Shown piece after piece: positions 47,739-51,081 of a stretch of 51,081 bases of DNA; within the stretch, counting starts at the first letter, position 1, and each line of letters begins with the position of its first letter. The notes under the pieces are model-generated. The model worked only from the letters and a program-made list of their open reading frames with translations, was not told where the DNA came from and did not search any database. The position numbers and the translations under genes were made by a program. Origin of the DNA: Promethearchaeota archaeon Loki_b31 (GTDB taxonomy: Archaea > Asgardarchaeota > Lokiarchaeia > Sigyniarchaeales > SOKP01); NCBI GenBank assembly GCA_005222975.1, contig NJBI01000022.1, forward strand, positions 1 to 51,081, in the 5' to 3' direction.

Positions 47739-48272
47739 TTAGATCTCCCCCTTTATCATATCGTCATATTCTCCATTCTCAATCTTTTTCTGAATTACTC
47801 GCGGGTCCTCACCTTCTATTGTGGCTCCAATTGACAAAACCGTCCCTATTACGGTCTTTATAGCAGTTTTGAAGGTTTTATCTAAAAAGATGTCTTTTTT
47901 AGCGTTAACAACGTTAACTACCTGTTCAAGAGTTAAATCTCCAATTTTTTCCTCAGAACTATTTGAACTCCCTTTTTCAGCGCCTAATTCTTTTAAAAGT
48001 AGTGAAGCTGTACTTGGCGTCTCTACGAATATCTCAAACTGTTTTGTTTCGGGATCGCATTCGATTCTAACGGGTACCGTTAAACCCTTAAAAAGCATGG
48101 TTTTTTCGTTAACTGCGTCCACTACGTCCTTGATGTTTATACCTGTGGGTCCAACAGCAGGCCCAATAGGCGGCCCCCCACTAGCTGCTCCCCCTGTAAT
48201 CAAAGCTCGTACGACTATGCGCGTTTTTTCTCTTTCTTTACTCACATTTTTCACTTTTTTAATTAAATTCAC
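47739..48272 (-). CDS. rpl11: 50S ribosomal protein uL11
   Basis: GGAASGGPPIGPAVGP, VPV, P.TASLL.KELG; start may be the GTG at 48245. Confidence 0.95.
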   Translation of the reverse strand: MNLIKKVKNVSKEREKTRIVVRALITGGAASGGPPIGPAVGPTGINIKDVVDAVNEKTMLFKGLTVPVRIECDPETKQFEIFVETPSTASLLLKELGAEKGSSNSSEEKIGDLTLEQVVNVVNAKKDIFLDKTFKTAIKTVIGTVLSIGATIEGEDPRVIQKKIENGEYDDMIKGEI

Positions 48273-48463
48273 AATTTAAAACCTATTTTTAAACATAGAA
48301 CAAACTACATGCCTTCAGACCAAAATTTCCAATATTTTTAAATATATTGGAACCGTAATCCTTTACGTTCTAAGTTTTGAAAAAATATAGGCTTAACTTA
48401 GTAAGAATGAAAAAGAAGAATAGTTAAAAAATTTTATTAAAAAATTTTCTAATGATATTAAGA

Positions 48464-48847
48464 TTAGTTCTTTCTTTTAGAAATAATCTTTTGAATAATA
48501 TTCTTCAATTCACTACCCTCAATCCTTTCATGTTCATAACCTCCAGCTGTAGGGACTAATTTCTCGACATCTTTTGCCCAAGAAAACTCTCGATCTTTTA
48601 ACCTTTCAATTGCTTTCTTCATATTTACTTTTGACCATCCTTTTAATTTAAGTATTGGTTCTGGCTTAAGTGTTATAACAGCTTTTTCTAAAAGCATTGA
48701 ATTAAATTCTAATATTTTTTGAATTGACTTGAGGTCTCTCTCTAATTTATGTCTTGTTATATTAGAGATGTCTGTTCTTTTTAAATTCCCCTCCCTACCA
48801 GCGATCATTGAATGCATTATATGAAAATTATTATTTTTTGTTGGCAT
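48464..48847 (-). CDS. hypothetical protein
   Basis: 127-aa ORF with ATG start; no recognised motif. Confidence 0.6.
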   Translation of the reverse strand: MPTKNNNFHIMHSMIAGREGNLKRTDISNITRHKLERDLKSIQKILEFNSMLLEKAVITLKPEPILKLKGWSKVNMKKAIERLKDREFSWAKDVEKLVPTAGGYEHERIEGSELKNIIQKIISKRKN

Positions 48848-48954
48848 GTATTTATTTATCTAATTAATAATATCATTAATTGAGAAAACAAATAGAATGA
48901 TTATAGAACTAAATCTATTCTAATTTTAAGAGTATTAAAGGGTAAGGTTGAGAG

Positions 48955-49800
48955 ATGATTCTTTGGATATTAAATAGTGATTCGGGCATTAAATTGTTAT
49001 ATAAATCATTTTTGAAAACAGACGCCGATGAGGATATTGTTTCTGGATTTTTAACGGCCTTTCACCATTTCTCTATGGAAGAGTTTCACCAATCACTGGA
49101 ATCTATAGAAATGGGTGGATTAAGGTGGATATATATATTGGAACCAAAATTCAAATTGCTTTTCGTTGCTGCTGGTATAAAAAGTACTAAAACGGAGATT
49201 TTGATGGGTAGACTTAATGTTATAAAAGAGTCTTTTATAAAAGAATTTAAGCCAGTTTGGATAAAAAAAGGACATAGTTGGAATGGAAATATGAATGTAT
49301 ATTTACCATTTCTTAAAGTAATTGAAGATTATTACGGCCAATGGGAGGAAGTGGAATCAATAAATCAAGTAGCGGACTTTTTTGATATTTTAGGAGTATT
49401 TCAACAAATTTTTATTATTTTGAGAAGTATCTTAGAAAATAAAATGTATAACAAATCAAAAAACATAGTTTTACAGAAAATAGAAAAAGTGTTTAAGCAA
49501 TTTAGAGAACAAGAGAAATTTAAAAACCAACCTGAATTGGAAAATATTACTTATTCAAAAGAGAATTGGTTCAACATAATAGATATTAGTTTGCTTAAAA
49601 GTGAAAAGGATATAGTTATCAAATTTTTAAAATCAATTCTTACCGAAGTAGTTAAAACATTGAAGGAAGTAAAAGGGAAAAATTTGTGTTTGAAGTATTT
49701 TAGTGAAGAAAGAGTTTATACCTATATTTTTAATAATATGGATCTATTAAAAGATTTAAAATTAGATATGTTTTTATTAGAACTGTTTTTGTTAATCTAA
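48955..49800 (+). CDS. longin-like domain protein with a helical C-terminal extension
   Basis: ILWILNSDSGIKLLYK, DEDIVSGFLTAF..F..E, LESIEMG: the typical longin-type N-terminal pattern. Confidence 0.7.
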   Translation: MILWILNSDSGIKLLYKSFLKTDADEDIVSGFLTAFHHFSMEEFHQSLESIEMGGLRWIYILEPKFKLLFVAAGIKSTKTEILMGRLNVIKESFIKEFKPVWIKKGHSWNGNMNVYLPFLKVIEDYYGQWEEVESINQVADFFDILGVFQQIFIILRSILENKMYNKSKNIVLQKIEKVFKQFREQEKFKNQPELENITYSKENWFNIIDISLLKSEKDIVIKFLKSILTEVVKTLKEVKGKNLCLKYFSEERVYTYIFNNMDLLKDLKLDMFLLELFLLI

Positions 49801-49840
49801 ATTTAAAAACAAAAGCCTCTATGACGTCTTTGTGTTTTAC

Positions 49841-50044
49841 TTAGAACCTACAGCATAAACGACGACCAAAATCGAGATTATGTTTCAAATATTCATTAGA
49901 TAGTATTTCCATAACTTTTTCATAATCAAGTTGAGTATTATAATCCTTATTAACTATTTCAGGAATATCTTCAATTTCTATTCCTGGTATACATACTAAT
50001 CTAAATATCTCTTTCTTTACTTCTTCAGATATATCTTCAGTCAT
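49841..50044 (-). CDS. small helical protein ending RRLCCRF
   Basis: 67-aa ORF with ATG start that fills the gap between genes. Confidence 0.6.
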   Translation of the reverse strand: MTEDISEEVKKEIFRLVCIPGIEIEDIPEIVNKDYNTQLDYEKVMEILSNEYLKHNLDFGRRLCCRF

Positions 50045-50237
50045 ATAATAATAAATATTTAATTGATAAGAAAAATATTTTTATTAATTTTAAGAAAAAA
50101 GTTACAACACACGAGTTGCAACTGGTAGAAATAATTCTATTTATTTTTAATTCGAAAATTTACATAATTTAGCAATAAATAACAACAATTTGTATCTTTA
50201 GGAATTTTAAATTTAAATTGAGGACTAAAATAATTAG

Positions 50238-50915
50238 CTATTTCCGTTCTAAAATAACTTCATGGGTAATGGTACCTATTTTCTCTATAGACGCTTCCAG
50301 GATATCTCCCGGTTGTATTGGACCTATTCCGCTTGGAGTACCCGTTGCGATTATATCTCCTCTTTGCAAAGTAACGAACTTCGATAAATATTCTAAAATT
50401 TGAGGAATTTTAAACAACATATGTTTCGTATTAGAAAATTGTTTGGTTTCCCCGTTAATCTTTAATTGAATTGTTAGGTTATGTGGGTCGTTAATTTCGC
50501 TGTTTGGAACAATTATTGGTCCTATTGGTCCAAAAGTATCGAAATTTTTACTTCTATACCAAGGTAATTTTATATTTCTATCGCTAATTTGCATGGTTCT
50601 CGCAGTTAAGTCCAAGAAAATTGTATATCCTTGGATGTAATCGAAAGCATTTTCAACCGAAATGTTTTTACACATTTTGAAAATAACAAAAGCTAGTTCC
50701 ACTTCGTGATCTACTCGGTTATAACTTTGACTTTCATACAAAATTTTAGGATAAATAATTGGTTTATTATCAGTTACTAGCGTATTAAGTGTTTTAACAA
50801 AAAATACCGGTTCCGTAGGAATTGGTGCATTTGTTTCTCTAATATGATCCAAATAGTTCCGTCCTAGACATACAATTTTGGTTGGATTTATATTAGTATT
50901 GCCAATTTTTACCAT
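50238..50915 (-). CDS. fumarylacetoacetate hydrolase family protein
   Basis: KIVCLGRNY..H, VDHEVEL, DLTAR, KNFDTFGPIGP, GDIIATGTP.G. Confidence 0.94.
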   Translation of the reverse strand: MVKIGNTNINPTKIVCLGRNYLDHIRETNAPIPTEPVFFVKTLNTLVTDNKPIIYPKILYESQSYNRVDHEVELAFVIFKMCKNISVENAFDYIQGYTIFLDLTARTMQISDRNIKLPWYRSKNFDTFGPIGPIIVPNSEINDPHNLTIQLKINGETKQFSNTKHMLFKIPQILEYLSKFVTLQRGDIIATGTPSGIGPIQPGDILEASIEKIGTITHEVILERK

Positions 50916-51080
50916 TTAAGTCAACTCCTTCTCTAATACAACTTTGTTTGTCAAGGTACCAATTTTTTCGATCGATGCTTCTATCAAATCTCCAGGTTTG
51001 ATTGGTCCAATACCTGCGGGTGTTCCAGTTGCTATAATATCTCCTGGTTCCATAGTAAAAAACTTTGAAATATTTTCTAA
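50916..51080 (-). CDS. second FAH-family protein, C-terminal part (runs off the window)
   Basis: LENISKFFTMEPGDIIATGTPAGIGPIKPGDLIEASIEKIGTLTNKV...*; its TAA abuts the next ATG. Confidence 0.9.
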   Translation of the reverse strand, partial: LENISKFFTMEPGDIIATGTPAGIGPIKPGDLIEASIEKIGTLTNKVVLEKELT

Positions 51081-51081
51081 A

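Noticed and set aside
4809-50403. Many short ORFs nested in or antisense to well-supported genes (e.g. 4927-5391, 27427-27828, 43287-43682, 47269-47742, 47821-48279)
   Set aside because: Shadow frames of real genes with no independent motifs.
1-51081. CRISPR array, rRNA, intact transposase/integrase or provirus
   Set aside because: No regularly spaced repeat-spacer pattern, no rRNA-like GC-rich tract and no recognisable DDE, tyrosine-recombinase or capsid motifs were seen.
50238-51081. Tandem FAH-family genes as something novel
   Set aside because: Common enzyme family, and the second copy is cut by the window edge, so nothing unusual can be supported.

Overview
AT-rich archaeal genomic window, very likely Asgard archaea (Lokiarchaeia/Promethearchaeota). 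The call rests on archaeal ribosomal proteins, BHB-intron tRNAs, selenocysteine machinery and several eukaryote-signature-like proteins (Vps28, roadblock, longin-like). The first ~19 kb is a decaying accessory region. It holds cell-surface/glycan genes (GT4, GT2, methyltransferase, polysaccharide deacetylase, membrane-fused glycoside hydrolase), a tandem array of diverging radical SAM genes and a half-size Cdc48 with a degenerate Walker B. It also holds many truncated or nonsense-interrupted genes (MCP, NERD-helicase, HNH-like, LOG-family). From ~19 kb the window is core chromosome. The distal spc ribosomal cluster runs from a truncated eS4 to uL15. About 17 kb of intervening genes follow: a candidate cobalamin-uptake module, a Sec locus (SelB, two-intron tRNA-Sec, SepSecS), a three-intron tRNA-Ile(UAU), a paired coiled-coil plus longin/TPR module, Nudix-NadM, RtcA, and Yip1-Vps28. 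After these come eL34-cmk-eL14-tRNA-Ser, converging on uL11-uL1-uL10-P1-secY-EMC3/DUF106. No rRNA, CRISPR array or intact transposase was seen. All calls are from motif recognition by eye; no searches were run.
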